The position numbers and the translations under genes are program-made. This document shows positions 43,711-58,272 of a stretch of 64,000 nt of DNA, in pieces; position 1 is the first letter of the stretch, and each line of letters starts with the position of its first letter. Location of the stretch: NCBI GenBank assembly GCA_002269645.1, contig NIVC01001207.1, positions 271,541 through 335,540 of the forward strand, written 5' to 3'. Under the pieces are notes generated by a model. The model did no database searches, was not told the DNA's origin, and saw only the letters and a program-made list of their open reading frames with translations. Source of the DNA: Macrostomum lignano. Its lineage: Eukaryota.

Positions 43711-44274
43711 AAACTGCATTGATTAATCTAGTGATCACTGTGAGATAACGCTACTAATTCATATGAGGTATTAACTTATTTGTGGTCATTGATGCGTTCT
43801 GAAAAGTGATTTGTCGGAGGCATTATATTGCAGCAGACTACTCATAGTAGAGCAGATTGGGAGCTTGTGCACAATTCTCATCGCAATTATCACGCATTTT
43901 TTCTTATCTAATAAAGAGAGAATTCACACGTCAGATGATACGCTCGTACTTATTGAGGATCCAAAGCACATTGAGAGACCCTTCTCGGTCTGCTCATTCT
44001 TGATAGATCTGGGGCAAGTGTAGCCGATTTTGCTTATCAGCTCAGCTCCCTAGCTGTTCACCAATTTCCGGCGATACACCGACGATGGCTAATATTCGGC
44101 GTTCGCATTATTCCGCTTCTGGGTGGCTCTCTTCTATTTAGCGACAGGTAGCAAGTCGTAGTTCAGTTCGCAGCTCGATTCGAGTTCGGTCTGAAAGAAA
44201 GACTGGGATAGACTGTGCAATGAATCCTTCCACTACAGCACCGTATTTTGTATCAAGACTAGGCTTATGAGCGA

Positions 44275-44340
44275 AGGTGCGGAGCAGCTCATCGGTAGAC
44301 GCGTCTGACTCTCGCGCTGCGACTCCTGGTTCGCCTTGTA
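44275..44340 (+). mobile_element. Possible degenerate tRNA-derived SINE head
   Basis: A-box-like AGCTCATCGGTAGA, then GCGTCTGACTC, then a partial B box GGTTCG. The fold is poor. Confidence 0.35.
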
Positions 44341-46743
44341 TGCGACGCCTTGTGTGCAGGAAAATCGGTCTTCATAGCCACCCCAAGGCACAGTGAGTGT
44401 ACATGCCTGACAAGATTAGAAAGTCAAAGAGCCGCTGTACATCCTGTGTGAGCGTACGTGTGAGCGTGTGCCTGCGGACAGCGTGTGCTCAGGGGTCAGC
44501 GGAATGGACTGAACTGCCGTCAGTGCTGGTGTGTGGGACGGCGTCGCCGGCCCTCGGGATTTAAATAGCTCGTAAATACATTCCTTAACTCTATGCTATA
44601 TCTTCTACTTAGTGCATGTGAACTTTATTACTAGTAAGTCTATGTTTATGTTTAGGTCTAAGACTTGCTATGTGCTCGCATTTTGGACTTGTCACGAGAG
44701 CTCAGACAGTCCCATGATAGTGTGATCTTCGGAAACACGTGAACTTCAAGGACTTTAGCATTGAATAATCATAGACTTCAACAAAATGTTGAGATTAACA
44801 ACAATGACTAATAAAATCAACGATAAGCTCAATAGGAGTTGTTATATTCGCAGTTCGTCAGCTCTGCCTGTCTCAAAGATCTGGATAAAAATTGTTCAAC
44901 TTTCACGGAGAAAATTTCTCGAGTCGTCTGGCTCTTCCTTGCCGACTCCCGACCCCTCCCTGGTGCCTCAATCAGCCCGACCTGCAGCAGCTGCGCCAGA
45001 GGGCACCCGAGAGCGGCTGAGAAACCATGGGGTGCCGGGGGGGGGGGGTAGGCCGAGGCAAAACCCTTTGAGCAGTTTTCTGGGAACCGCGCCCTGATCA
45101 CAGAGGCCGCCCACCAGACCCGACCAAACTTACAAAAAACTGAGCTCAGGCCGGGATGCTGCAAGGCACTTCCCATCCCCACGTGGAGAGGCTCATTAGC
45201 CCCTACCCCCTGAATCGTCGCAGTTGCCAGGCGGGGTCAGAGCCTTCCCATGCCCCAGTTCTCTCCCTAAAGCTACGGCACCCCGCTGTGGGAAAGCCGA
45301 GCTCAAGTCTTCGTAGTCAAGCTCAGCCCCGCGCCCTAAGGGGATTAACAGGCGTGGGAACTACCAATTTCAAGGGGATTTTAAACCAGAAAGATAGAAA
45401 ATTCGGGGATTAATCTAGCATACAAGTTTTAGACAGTTGTCTACTTGTTCGCCGACTTCAAAAGCAGATTCTGCGCTGATCTGATGGCGGCCAACTGACA
45501 CAGGTGCAACTGCAGTGGCATGAGTCAGGTCACAGTTTCCCAGCTGAAATTAATTCAATTTTTTAAGTCTATTCAATGAACACTCAAGCCAGGAAGCTCC
45601 AGGTGTCGATATCGAATCAGGCAGGATATTCAAATGGACCTCCTTGATTTGATTTGGCTGGTTGAGAAGCAAAACCATCAGCTCCGAACATAATACGGAG
45701 ACTCTCCCGATCCGTAATTGCGGAAGAGACTTAACGGGAAAAGGGGGAGAGAAATGTGAGAAAGCGAATTCTCATTTCCCCACTTTTAAAAGCTGCTGTG
45801 TCCCCCCATCCTCTCCGTCTCCATCATGAGTCGGCCGCATTCCTTGCGAACTGCAGAAGCGACCGAGTGCGTTTGTGTGCGCGCGCTCTCCCTGAGCTTC
45901 CTTTTCTCTATGCAAGTCCTGCGAGTCCCACCGAGCTAATTGGGAAGAATGATTGGCTTTTATCTCCAGCCCAGGGGATAATGGGCGCTCGGCTGCTCCG
46001 GCCTGGGTGGCATTATTCGCTGAGCGGAAGCAGCCCCCCCCCACCCAGACTCTGCTGCTGGATGAGGGGGCACTGCATTCTTGGGGCCTGCCTCACCTGA
46101 CAATGTCTTCGGCTAGCTGCTGGAACCCGCTCTCTCACCCTCAGTCTCTCTCCATCTCTCCATCTCTCCCCCCTCTCTCTCTCCTTGGTCTCAGCGCAGG
46201 AAATGCCCCCAATAAAGAGGAGATTGCAGCTTCCTTAGCCAAGTCTTTGCCCTTCCGCTCCGGGACAAAGGAGAGCCGGGGGCCAAGGTAGGGCCGGGCC
46301 ACGAAAACAGTTTTCTTTCAGCAGCCTGCCCCCCCCCCTCCATTCTTCTGCTGACTCCCCTTCTTCGTCGCTTTCTTTTCCTGCGGAGGGCCGATCTAGC
46401 GGGCGCCCAAAACTTCCCCACTCTTGTGCCGCTCGCATGCCCGGAGCTCACTTCCTTTTCTGCAGTCCCCCTCGGAGCCCCCCAGACCCCTCACAAGCCA
46501 CTCTTTTCAGTCAGCGCTGGCGCAGGTCAGGTAAAAATGTGGGACTGGCTATTTTTTCAGGATCAGAGTTGAGCTGAGCGCAGCGGCAAGAATGAAGAAG
46601 GACCGTTAAACCCGATTGCAGACTTGAGGGTGGCGTGCAGGAAGGGAAACAGCGGCTGGCAGGGCCGCTGCCTGCGGTGCACTATTGTTGCCATGGGCGG
46701 AGATGCATACAGCATAAATAACTGCTGATCAGTGACTTAGACC

Positions 46744-47199
<456 letters not shown>

Positions 47200-48586
47200 G
47201 GACAGACGGATTTGCGCTCATCTCAGCCAGTTTGGCAGCGCAGTTCAGAGCAGATAAATCAAGCTACGCACGCGCGCAAAAAGAAGAAAAATTAATAAAG
47301 ATCTCCGTCTTCCCACTGCATCATCCCCAAGCCTCAGCCTCTTACCTATAAACTATATGCATGTGAGCATATCTATTCCTCAGAACCTGGACCCCAAACG
47401 CCGCCGGAAGAAGCAAGAATTGCTTGCATTGCTTTTTTATGACCCCCCCTTCTAGTTCCCTATGCAGCCCAGCGCAGTGAAATCTTTTTTGAGCAAGTCT
47501 TATCCTTATATATAACAGGCCATGACAGTCATTAGCTGCGCTGCGCATGAGAATCAAGGATGAAAGGCGACCGTGGCACTAAGGAGGGCACGTGACCCTC
47601 CCCCCTCCTCAGCCAGAGAGATTCCGGCCGACCACCTTCCACGATGACAGTCTGCAAGATATATGATGATCTCTGGAGTGTAGAAGGGAACGCCCCGCTT
47701 GGACCTTGGGGTGACAAACTCATAATCTGTGTATGAAAATATAAACAGACAGTATAAATATATAAATAGTAAGGTGAGCCCTCGTGTTTGATCACCTTGG
47801 CGGTGCATAGCTGGGATTGTTGGGACACGCGGCGCTCCGTCCCCCCCCCCTGCTCCAACTTTTACACAGAGTCCGAGGCCGGAATCAGTGCTCAGGATAA
47901 CAACAATAATATAGTAAGACTCCGCAGACTCCAGGTGCCCCGGCCTCGGAGCCATCGGCACGCGCAGGCCACCGCCAAGGCCGAGGGCTGCCCTGCATCC
48001 CAGCAGTTTTTTTTTCTGACTCTCCCATTTGCTGGGGAAAAAGTCAATTCGTCTCGTTTTACAATTTCACAACTGCAGACAGATATGGAGGCGGCCGCAC
48101 CGCAACCAGAGGTCCAGCCGGATTTGTTTGGTCAGGCCTTCCAACAGTTTGCTTGGCCCTGTATAAGGGATGCATCGCGAGACCCGGTCTCAAGTGCCGC
48201 AAGCTGCAGACTCAATTTTTCGCCTTCCTATTCCTATTTAAAACACAGCTTGGAGACAAGCCCCAGCCGCTTGAGTTGGCTTGAATTACCTGATCTGCCT
48301 GTGCAACTGGCAGCTGCTCAGGCAGAGGATTTTACTCTTGTTGTCATTTCCCCGGGAGTCTGTGTTGGCTCAGACGGCCACCCAGCCCAGTCAGTAAGTG
48401 GCTAATTATTGAAGCTAAGCTCCAATTCATTAACACACAGTCCAGGCTGGTTCCTTGGCGCTGCTATCGATTTTTTCAGATCCATGAAAATACGAGGATT
48501 ATCTTGAAATGAGCAAAGCATATAGAAATCAAGCTGATAATTTTCAAAAGCAAAAATGGCAACTGTAATTGCATTCCATAGAACCA

Positions 48587-50095
48587 ACATGGCACCCTCT
48601 GGAACCAACATGGCCCTATTGAAACCAAAATGGCACTCTAAACCAAAATGGCACTCTAAACCAAAATGGCAGTCTGCAGAACCAGCATGGCATCCTCTGG
48701 AACCAAAATGCAAATGGCATCCTCTGGAACCAAAATGCAAATGGCATCCTCTGGAACCAAAATGCAAATGGCATCCTCTGGAACCAAAATGCAAATGGCA
48801 TCCTCTGGAACCAAAATGCAAATGGCATCCTCTGGAACCAAAATGCAAATGGCATCCTCTGGAACCAAAATGCAAATGGCATCCTCTGGAACCAAAATGC
48901 AAATGGCATCCTCTGGAACCAAAATGCAAATGGCATCCTCTGGAACCAAAATGCAAATGGCATCCTCTGGAACCAAAATGCAAATGGCATCCTCTGGAAC
49001 CAAAATGCAAATGGCATCCTCTGGAACCAAAATGCAAATGGCATCCTCTGGAACCAAAATGCAAATGGCATCCTCTGGAACCAAAATGCAAATGGCACCT
49101 TATGTAACCAAAATGGCACCTTATGGAACCAAAATGGCACCTTATGGAACCAAAATGGCACTTTATGAACCAAAATGGCACCCTATGAACCAAAATGGAA
49201 CCAAAATGGCACTTTATGAACCAAAATGGAACCAAAATGGCATTTTATGAACCAAAATGGCACCTCATCAACCAAAATGGCACCCCATGAACCAAAATGG
49301 AACCAAAATGGCACTTTATGAACCAAAATGGAACCAAAATGGCATTTTATGAACCAAAATGGCACCCCATCAACCAAAATGGCACCCCATGAACCAAAAT
49401 GGAACCAAAATGGCACTTTATGAACCAAAATGGAACCAAAATGGCATTTTATGAACCAAAATGGCACCCCATCAACCAAAATGGCACCCCATGAACCAAA
49501 ATGGAACCAAAATGGCATCCTGTGGAACCAAAATGGCATCCTGTGGAACTAAAATGACATCCTGTGGAGCCAAAATGGCATCCTGTGGAACCAAAATGAC
49601 ATCCTGTGGAACCAAAATGGCATCCTGTGGAACCAAAATAGCATCCTGTGGAACCAAAATGGTCCCCTATGAACCAAAATGACATCCAGTGGAACCAAAA
49701 TGACATCCTGTGGAACCAAATTGACATCCTGTGGAACCAAAATGGCATCCTGTGGAACCAAAATAGCATCCTGTGGAACCAAAATAGCATCCTGTGGAAC
49801 CAAAATGGCATCCTGTGGAACCAAAATGGCATCCTGTGGAACCAAAATAGCATCCTGTGGAACCAAAATAGCATCCTGTGGAACCAAAATGGCATCCTGT
49901 GGAACCAAAATAGCATCCTGTGGAACCAAAATGGCATCCTGTGGAACCAAAATAACATCCTGTGGAACCAAAATGACATCCTGTGGAACCAAAATGACAT
50001 CCTGTGGAACCAAAATGACATCCTGTGGAACCAAAATGACATCCTGTGGAACCAAAATGACATCCTGTGGAACCAAAATGACATCCTGTGGAATC
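48587..50095. repeat. Composite minisatellite built on GGAACCAAAATGGCA: 18-bp units, 15 copies of a 27-bp unit (48687-49091), then 20/21-bp units
   Basis: 27-bp unit GGCATCCTCTGGAACCAAAATGCAAAT; 21-bp unit GGCATCCTGTGGAACCAAAAT. Confidence 0.96.
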
Positions 50096-50870
50096 AAAGG
50101 CTGGAGCCAATTAGAACCAATGCAAAATTGCTGCATCAAATAAAAAATGATTAGACCCGAACACCTGACCAAGATCAAGATCAAGATCAAGAAGCCAAGA
50201 AGTCATCCGTGGAATACTCAGGCCATGGATTATCCATCCCCAGGAAGTCCGCCCAAAGTCCAGATTCAAATTCGCCTCATCATTATTTTCCTACCCGCAC
50301 CAGCAGCCCGGCCTGCGCTCCCTCCAATCCAAGAGACGCCAAGAGAGGCCAAAAGATCCCCAGCAATTCTAGGGGGCAGGGGAAAATAGGAGAGATTTCT
50401 GGGGAAGTGAGTAGTGTTGGCGACTGAAAATCTCCTTCCCCATTTCCCGGGAAGGTGGGGTTATTCCGGACCAATGTCATCCGAGCTTCCTTCCTTCCCA
50501 TTGGCTGAGCAGGGTTGGAGACTTTGAGTCCGGCGCCGCCCCGGAGGCTCTTCATCAGGAGGCTGGTCACAGGTCGCCCAATGCATTGCAAGGGGGCAGA
50601 GGGGTGGGGTGAGAAGGCGGGGAGGTAGGGGCTGCCGCCAGGAGAAGTCGGATGGGGTTGGCGCGGCCGGAGCGACTCAAAAACATTCTCGAGGAAATCT
50701 CCCGTTAGGAAGGAAGCTGCCACCTCCGCCATCTCCTCAAGTCTGGATTATTGAGATTCTCGCCTCCCAGCAACAGTTCCATAAATCTCAGCAGCGGCTC
50801 TGTTTAGCAGATAATTTAGCAAACTCGAAACCCTCACAGACAGGTGAATTCTTAGCCATCGGAGTGCACA

Positions 50871-53800
50871 ATGCAGACAATGCAAAACATCAAGCAGGAA
50901 GAATACTACAGAGCATGCTCCCTGGCCGCTGGGGCGCCACTGGCTCCGGTCATGTTTCCTGGTGAGCTTTTTTGCTTTTTTCTGTTGGTTGTTTATGTTT
51001 CAAACCTTTTTGTTTCTATGAAAAAGGGGTTTAAGCAGCAGAGTTTAGTGCAGTTTAGTTTCGAGCATTTTCTAAACAGCTTCGCACGATTAACCATTGA
51101 TAAAAAACTTCATTCAGCATCGCGTGACTGCTTGGCGCGTGTGTGGCTTTCTGGCTATTGACAATTTTCTGAACAGAATTTTTTATGGGGAATTGGGGTG
51201 CGCGGGCCTTAGCAACTCGAATTCATTTTTCCCAACAGTTTTCAACTCTCCCACTCCTGTCGTGGCGGAGCAGCCCGCACCGTTCCGTTCGACCAAACAG
51301 CAGTTCCTCAGCATTCCGGCAGCAGCAGCGGGTCTCATTTTGCCCCGGGGCGGGACTGGCCCGAGCGGCCTGGTTGAAGGTGCGATACAAAGCCTGGGGG
51401 CCCCCCACACCGGTCCGCACAACAATGCGAAGCTGCGCGTGGGATGAAGCGAGGCCAGGAGGCTGCAGATGGAGGAGAGATTCTGGGACGGAGGTTGGGG
51501 GAGTGGCGGCAACTCAACGCGGCACGCGAAAAACCGCATGAAAGTTTCTAAAGCTGAGCACAGAACTCAAACTTGTTCCCTCTATTGAATACTGGCCAGC
51601 CAGCAGAATGGTTCGCAAAAAAAGCTTTCCTATTCAACTTCAATATCTTGTGTGTGTGCTGTGTGTGTCCTGAAATCTGAAATCTCAGCCAAGTGCCTGC
51701 AGCGGGCGGGTCCCGCATCTCTGCCCCGATCTCTCTCCCTGGCTGGCCGTCCCGCATTCAAAATTTCTGTGCTGATGATGATGAAGGGGATTTGAGAAGT
51801 GACTGTAGGTGGGGGGGAGAGTTGAGAGTCAGAAAGGCATATTGGGAGAAAAAAGACAGGTATGGGGGTTGTGCGTGGCAGGGATCTGGGAGGCGCGCAA
51901 TTATCGCTGAGCTGACTGCAGTGGCCAAGATTTCGGGCAGGCTAACATTGACTGCATTAGAGCGATAGGTCTGAAAATATAATAGTTTTTTTTCAGTACG
52001 GAGCCCTTTGATTCATGCGAATTTTATTAAATATGCCGCACTGTTCCAGACAACGCCTACTCAAAAACCGGCTGGGGCCGACAGAGCACCCCGACTCCAG
52101 GTAAGAGCTAAATTGGCCTCATCTATTATACAATTGTACATAGATACAACCAAATCAGCAGCTATTGAAGCGGAAAAACTTCATTCTCGAGCCCTCATAG
52201 CAACTGAAGCTGTTGGAAAAAGTTGCAAAATTTGAATACAGAAGTTTTCTATAGGCGTGAAAATGGCTAGCAAAAAAGTCACGTCTTTTAGCTCGAAAAT
52301 TTCCAAAATAGCCCCAGCGCTCCCATTTCCTGTTCTCTGCAACTGGCTACCTCTGCTCGACTTTCTCTTGCAGGCTACGGCAGCAGCCCGCTGGCCTCAT
52401 CGCTGACTCCCTACTCGACTCAGCAGAAGGAGCAGGGCGGCGGCAGCATCAGCGGCGGCTGCGGCGGAGGTGGCGGTAGCGGCGGTGGCGGCGGCGGCGG
52501 CGGCGGCGGAGGAGCCGGCAACCAGCCGGCCCACTGGAGACCGCAAGGTGAGATTTACAACTCGCTGCTGAATGCTTATACGGAATTCGCATGGGATTTG
52601 GGGAGATTTTGGGATCTGGTTAGATTCGGGATCTGGGAGATTTGGAATCTGGGGAAATTCGGGATCTGGAAAGATTTGGGATCTGTGAGGTTTGGGATCT
52701 GGGGAGATTCGGGATCTAGAGAGATTCAGGATCTAGGGAGATTCAGGATCTGGGAGATTTGGGCTCTGATAAGATTTTGGGATCTAGGGAGATTTTGGAT
52801 CTGGGGAGATTTGGGATCTGGAGAGATTTTGGGATCTGGAGAGATTTGGGATCTGGGAGATTCGGGATCTGGGGAGATTCGGGATCTAGAGAGATTCAGG
52901 ACCTGGGGAGATTCAGGATCTGGGGAGATTTTGGATCTGGAGAGATTTTGGGATCTGGAGAGATTTGGTATCTGGGAGATTCGGGATCTGGGGAGATTCG
53001 GGATCTAGAGAGATTCAGGACCTGGGAGATTCAGGATCTGGGAGATTTTGGATCTGGAGAGATTTGGGATCTGGGAAGATTTGGGATCTGTGAGGTTTGG
53101 GATCTGGGGAGATTTGGGATCTGGGAGATTCGGGATCTAGGGAGATTCAGGATCTGGGGAGATTTTGGATCTGGGGAGATTTGTGATCTAGGGAGATTGT
53201 GGATCTGGAGAGATTCAGGATCTGGGGAGATTTGGGATCTGGGAGATTCGGGATATAGCGAGATTTTGGATCTCGGGAGATTCGGGATCTAGGGAGATTG
53301 TGGATCTGGAGAGATTCAGGATCTGGAAGACTTGGAGACACAGTCATCTCTGAGCATGAAAGCAAAACACGACAAGGTGCAGAGTTGATATTCGGAGCAG
53401 ACTGGGCGAATGCTGGCATATGTTGAAGGACCCGCCAGGCCCGCCCAGATTTGTGCGCAGCAAGTTTGCCCTCACAGGCCGGCGGGGAGCCTCAAAAGCA
53501 GCCACTTCTCCACTCCCACTCGATGAAGAGCGATTCAGCCTTGAGTCCCGAGACTGCAGGTGAAACTCTTGCTGGATGAGGCTCTTCATAATCCTCCGCG
53601 GGGGGTCCCAGCCAGGTTCCTCAATGAGGGGCAATCTTTTTTCTGAGTGAAGAGCTGAAATTGTGGCAGATTTTTTCAATCATCCCGATCTGCCCCATCC
53701 CCATTCTATAAACCTAGATTACCTCTGATCCCGGGGCAGGCAGACAGACAGGCGCATCAATCGAGACATACGTTAGTATAGAACGGCAGAGAATTTCAGG

Positions 53801-56800
53801 TCCTCTGCTGACACGCAATTCACTTAATCAGAGCAGCTCAGGGCCGCCCTGAGTTGGACGTCCTGCTGTGGTCAACTTTGTTTTTCTCCCAAACATCGGT
53901 AGCGGGGATCGGAGAAGAGGGAGGAGGGGGGAGACTTAATGACGAGCAGACGAGCCGATCAAGATAAATTGCTGCTTTTCCTGCCCAGTGTTTCTTTGCC
54001 TTGAGATCCGTATTATAGCCGTGGCTAAAAGAAGATTCTGTCATTAAACAATTCTCATATATCTGCAAGCAGAGACCTCGGCTGACAGCTCGGCTTGAGC
54101 CTGGCCATGAAAAAGCAACTCAGTGACTGACTCAGGGACGGTCCCGAACTCTTTCCCTCCCGATCGGCCTCTGACAACCCCTCCCCCTTCTAATCGAGGC
54201 CGAGAATCTTGCGACAAAAACATGAAAAATTCATTAACAAACGCCTGGCACGGGGTTAGAAAAAATCTCATTTGACTTATTGCTCTGGCCATTTACTTAC
54301 TACACAGCAATGCCTGCCGAGCCATCATCATTCAACTTTCAGTTGGTCTAGAAATTCAATTGTGCTGCCTTATTCATATCTTTAGTCTCCGTTTCTTTAT
54401 TCTTGGAGATTTTAAATGAGCCGAATAAATAACATCGGCTCCGTTTGGTCCTTTTTGTGTGCTGTGACGGCGAGAAAGCTCAAAATGATGGCATTTCTCC
54501 ATCCCCGCCCGGATATATCTTTTTATTTCTTTTTTTTTCATGGCTATACAGAAATTTAATGGCCCCTCCCGCTGGGCGAGCATTAACAGCGGGTGACAAG
54601 TGTTTCCAAGGCATCGGTGGGGTTAGGGAAGACAAAGTGGCTGCTGGAGTAACCAAGGCCTATTGCCCGATCCCCTAATTGACATCCCCTATCTATATCT
54701 GTATAGATAATTCAGATGTTTCACCATCAGCTTGTGTTTGTTTCTTTAAAACAAAGCCTCAAGAAGGCGAACACAAAAACACACTGGCAGGGAAGACCCC
54801 AAGCACTTATCGACCTCGCTGTTGCGTGATCGCGGGGCGAAATCCAGGCTCTTGCTGAGCTCAGCGGCACGATGGAGCCGATCTGTGCCGCATGGTGCCC
54901 CGTTTCGGGTTATGGAAGCCAGCAATGGCTGAGGGGTTTAAACAAAGAGGACTCACTGACTCCTACAGCAACAACAAGAACTCAGGACAGGGTTTCAGAG
55001 TGTCAAACAGCTCGATTGTGAGAGTTTTAGTTGGCGTCACCCTTACGAGAAGGGCGCACAAGAAACGGGACAAGGCGGAGCGGATGACCCGGACTTAAGT
55101 GGGAGACTGACTAGGGAGGAGCCTCCTCGTCGCTTCATTTTTGCTGGTGGGCGTGCCGAAACCCGCGCCAAGGCCCTGAGCCTCGTGCCTTCAAGCCGCC
55201 TACCGCGCCACCTGGAGGGCGCCGCGCGCGCGCAACAGGGGGGGGGGGGTTGGTGTGAGGCTGGTGCGTGAGGCTCGAGTTCGTGACCTCTACGCCTTAC
55301 TTTCCCTTTCTTCTCCAGCTCGGCTATCCTCTGCAGCTAATTCGACTTGCTGTCGGAGTCCCCCTGCCACGATTTCAGATCTGTCAGCCTCGTAAATATC
55401 ACAGGGTAATTTCAATAGGGCCTATGCAATATATTATGAAAGCCAGCAGGAGCAGCATGCTCAGCAATATTGCGAAAGCGGAAAGCGAGGAGTCCGCAGT
55501 TGTGCTCGGCTGGGCAATCGGTCGGTCATAAACAAGACATTCGATGGCCCCCCTCGCGTTCCAAGCATCATCTTCCACCTTGTAATTAGTGCCTTTGGAC
55601 GGACAGATTTGGACAATAATTTCATTTTCATGGCCGCGATGGCTCATGGCTTGATTCAGGTTTTACTGTCCCATCGCGGGAGGAGAGGGAGACAAAATCA
55701 GAAGAGTTTTACTCTCAGGAGCACTTGCCATAATCCACTCACTGACCTGTACAGGATTAGCTGGTACCAGCGCCAGTGATATATAGACAGGCCAGCGGGA
55801 CTGCATAGTGTCCTCTAGAAGAGAGACTCCAGCAGCAGCAGCAGCAGCAGCGTGCGGACCAAAAGCGCGACTACCCTGATTTTCTGTCCCCCACCCAGTT
55901 CATCTCTTCTATCTCTTGCTGAGTCCTGCAGTCTTTCAGGCCCCGAATCGGCAAACTGGGCAAACAGGGGGGGGCAGCAGAGGACTCTGGTAGGCCGAGT
56001 GTTGACCCAGCGCGCAAGATCGTTGGGAGTTTGTTAGCCAGAGTAAATCCCGATTTCCCTCTCGCTTCTTTTCGCCTCTCCTGCAACCCTCAATCTCTTT
56101 CCCATCCTGAGCCTCTCGCTGTCTGCTGCTCACTTGATCCCAGGGGTGGTGGGGGCGCCAGAAACTCAAGGCGGAGGATTCAAAATTTGCTTCCTCAACG
56201 CGTTGCGCCCAGCCTCTGCTTCCAGACGGCTTCCGCTTCTTTCCATGAAGTTTTCTGGCAATTCCCCCGCTTCATCCTGTTGCTCACTTCAGCCTCCTCG
56301 CATTGTTGGCTTTGGAGAGTTCCGCTTCTTTTTTCTGTTGATCTTCCGCGAGGCCCCATTGTTTTCTCTCGGGCTGCTGCCCCCAGCCCTCATTTCCTCG
56401 GGCTCCGCTTTGCCGTCACAAGGAGGGACCAACAGTGAAGCTGGTCTAATTGGCCGAATCAGTTTGAAAGATCAGCTGCATCAGAATTGGCATGCGGGTC
56501 CGGCATTGTTCACTAATGATTTCAATTGGATTAATTAAGCATCATAAAAATTTATTGTCTTCACTGAACCTCCGCCAGGATCCGGTCAGATCCAGCTGTG
56601 GCAGTTCCTGCTGGAGCTGCTGTCGGACAGCCGCAACTCCAGCTGCATCATCTGGGAGGGCACCAACGGCGAGTTCAAGCTGTCCGACCCGGACGAGGTG
56701 GCCAGACGCTGGGGCGAGCGCAAGTCCAAGCCCAACATGAACTACGACAAGCTGAGCAGGGCGCTGCGCTACTATTACGACAAGAACATCATGTCCAAGG

Positions 56801-57186
56801 TGCACGGCAAGCGCTACGCCTACAAGTTCGACTTTGCCGGCCTGGCTCAGGCCATGCAGCCGGCAACAGCTGACCCGGCCGCTTACAAGTACCAGTACCA
56901 GCAGGACCTGCTCAGCTCCGGCTACTTCACGGCCGCCAACTCAAAGTTCAACCTGATGAACGCCCAGATGCACAGCGCCGTTGCTATGGCCGGACCGCCG
57001 CCTGGCAACGGACTGTTTCCAGCCTCCGCTCCGCATCATCACTATTGGAGTCCGCAGCCTAGCGGCGGCTCAATCTATCCCAACATTCCGCCGCCGCCTC
57101 CGCCGCCAGCCGCCGGCTCCCTGTACTCAAACATGCCGAGCCATACAGCCAGCTCACACCTGCCCAGCGCGCACTATTACAACTGA
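50871..57186 (+). CDS. ETS transcription factor, ERG/FLI/FEV subfamily (FEV/Pet-1/Ets65A-like, no PNT domain), 3 exons, 290 aa
   Basis: Exons 50871-50961 ([12 protein letters not shown]...MFP G|gtgagc), 52374-52547 (poly-G, ...HWRPQ G|gtgaga) and 56579-57186, all phase 1 and in frame. ETS domain [15 protein letters not shown]...[48 protein letters not shown]. The ETS exon is certain; the first exon is less so. Confidence 0.88.
52593..53328. repeat. 17-bp G-rich minisatellite (GGGGAGATTCGGGATCT), ~43 copies, ETS intron 2
   Basis: GATCT recurs at 17-nt intervals (52870, 52887, ...). Confidence 0.94.
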
Positions 57187-57876
57187 GGCAGCGGCTGGCC
57201 CCACAATTGGATTGACACACAGACAGACAGAGAGAGACAAATTAATCGTTTTCAACCTTGAAAATTCGCTGCTTACCTTATCTTATTTACTAAATTGTGT
57301 GCAGTACTTTGCTTACCTGTAGTCAAGTGAATGCTTTTTGTCCTTTTCCATCTGTCTTGTCCTGGTCTCTTGAGCTCCTGTCTGGATCAGTAGCTGACAC
57401 TTCTTGTCCCCAACAGTGCTTACTGATATACAGAATGAGTCGGGTCGGGAGTTCTGAAATTCGACAATCACAAGAAGGTCCAGTGTCTGTGCTTTAGTTT
57501 TGTGACCCCTCACTGACCATCGTGGAATTATCATATTTAATTGTTTTTTTTCAATAGGAGTTCAATTTCTGCTTGCTTTGCCCACCACTGAGCTTGCGGA
57601 CCTGTTGTGACCGTCTCGTGGAAACCAATGAACCCTCGCCCAGTGTCTCCCATTGCGACTCTCGTGTAAATACAGATGGGCTGGTAGGAGTAACCTACCT
57701 GCCTGATCAATGAATATATAGCTGTAATTAAATGTGCGCGAGCATCAGTACGGTATTTGTGATTGGCAATATAAATCAATAACTAATGCAACGCCACACA
57801 CTGGCCAATTTGTCAATGCTTTTCGTTTTTTGGCAAAATTCGCTTCAATTTTTATTCAGACTTGTTAGTTTACTAA

Positions 57877-58272
57877 GTCTGCTTGTCACTCCATATATTC
57901 CGAGTCTACTCGTCACTCCATATATTCTCAGTCTACTCGTCACTCCATATATTCCGAATCTACTCGTCACTCCATATTCCGAGTCTGCTTGTCACTCCAT
58001 ATATTCTGAGTCTGCTTGTCACTCCATATATTCTCAGTCTACTTGTCACTCCATATATTCTCAGTCTACTCGTCACTCCATATATTCCGAATCTACTCGT
58101 CACTCCATATTCCGAGTCTGCTTGTCACTCCATATATTCTGAGTCTGCTTGTCACTCCATATATTCTGAGTCTGCTTGTCACTCCATATATTCTGAGTCT
58201 GCTTGTCACTCCATATATTCTCAGTCTACTTGTCATTCCATATACTCAGAGTCTACTTGTCACTCCATATTC
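57877..58272. repeat. 25/27-bp minisatellite (GAGTCTGCTTGTCACTCCATATATTCT), ~15 copies
   Basis: GAGTC at 58141, 58168, etc. Confidence 0.94.

Noticed and set aside
48402-50190. Many repetitive ORFs (MASSGTKMQ, HFGSRGC, VPQDAIL, etc.)
   Set aside because: They are stop-free frames of a minisatellite whose units are multiples of three.
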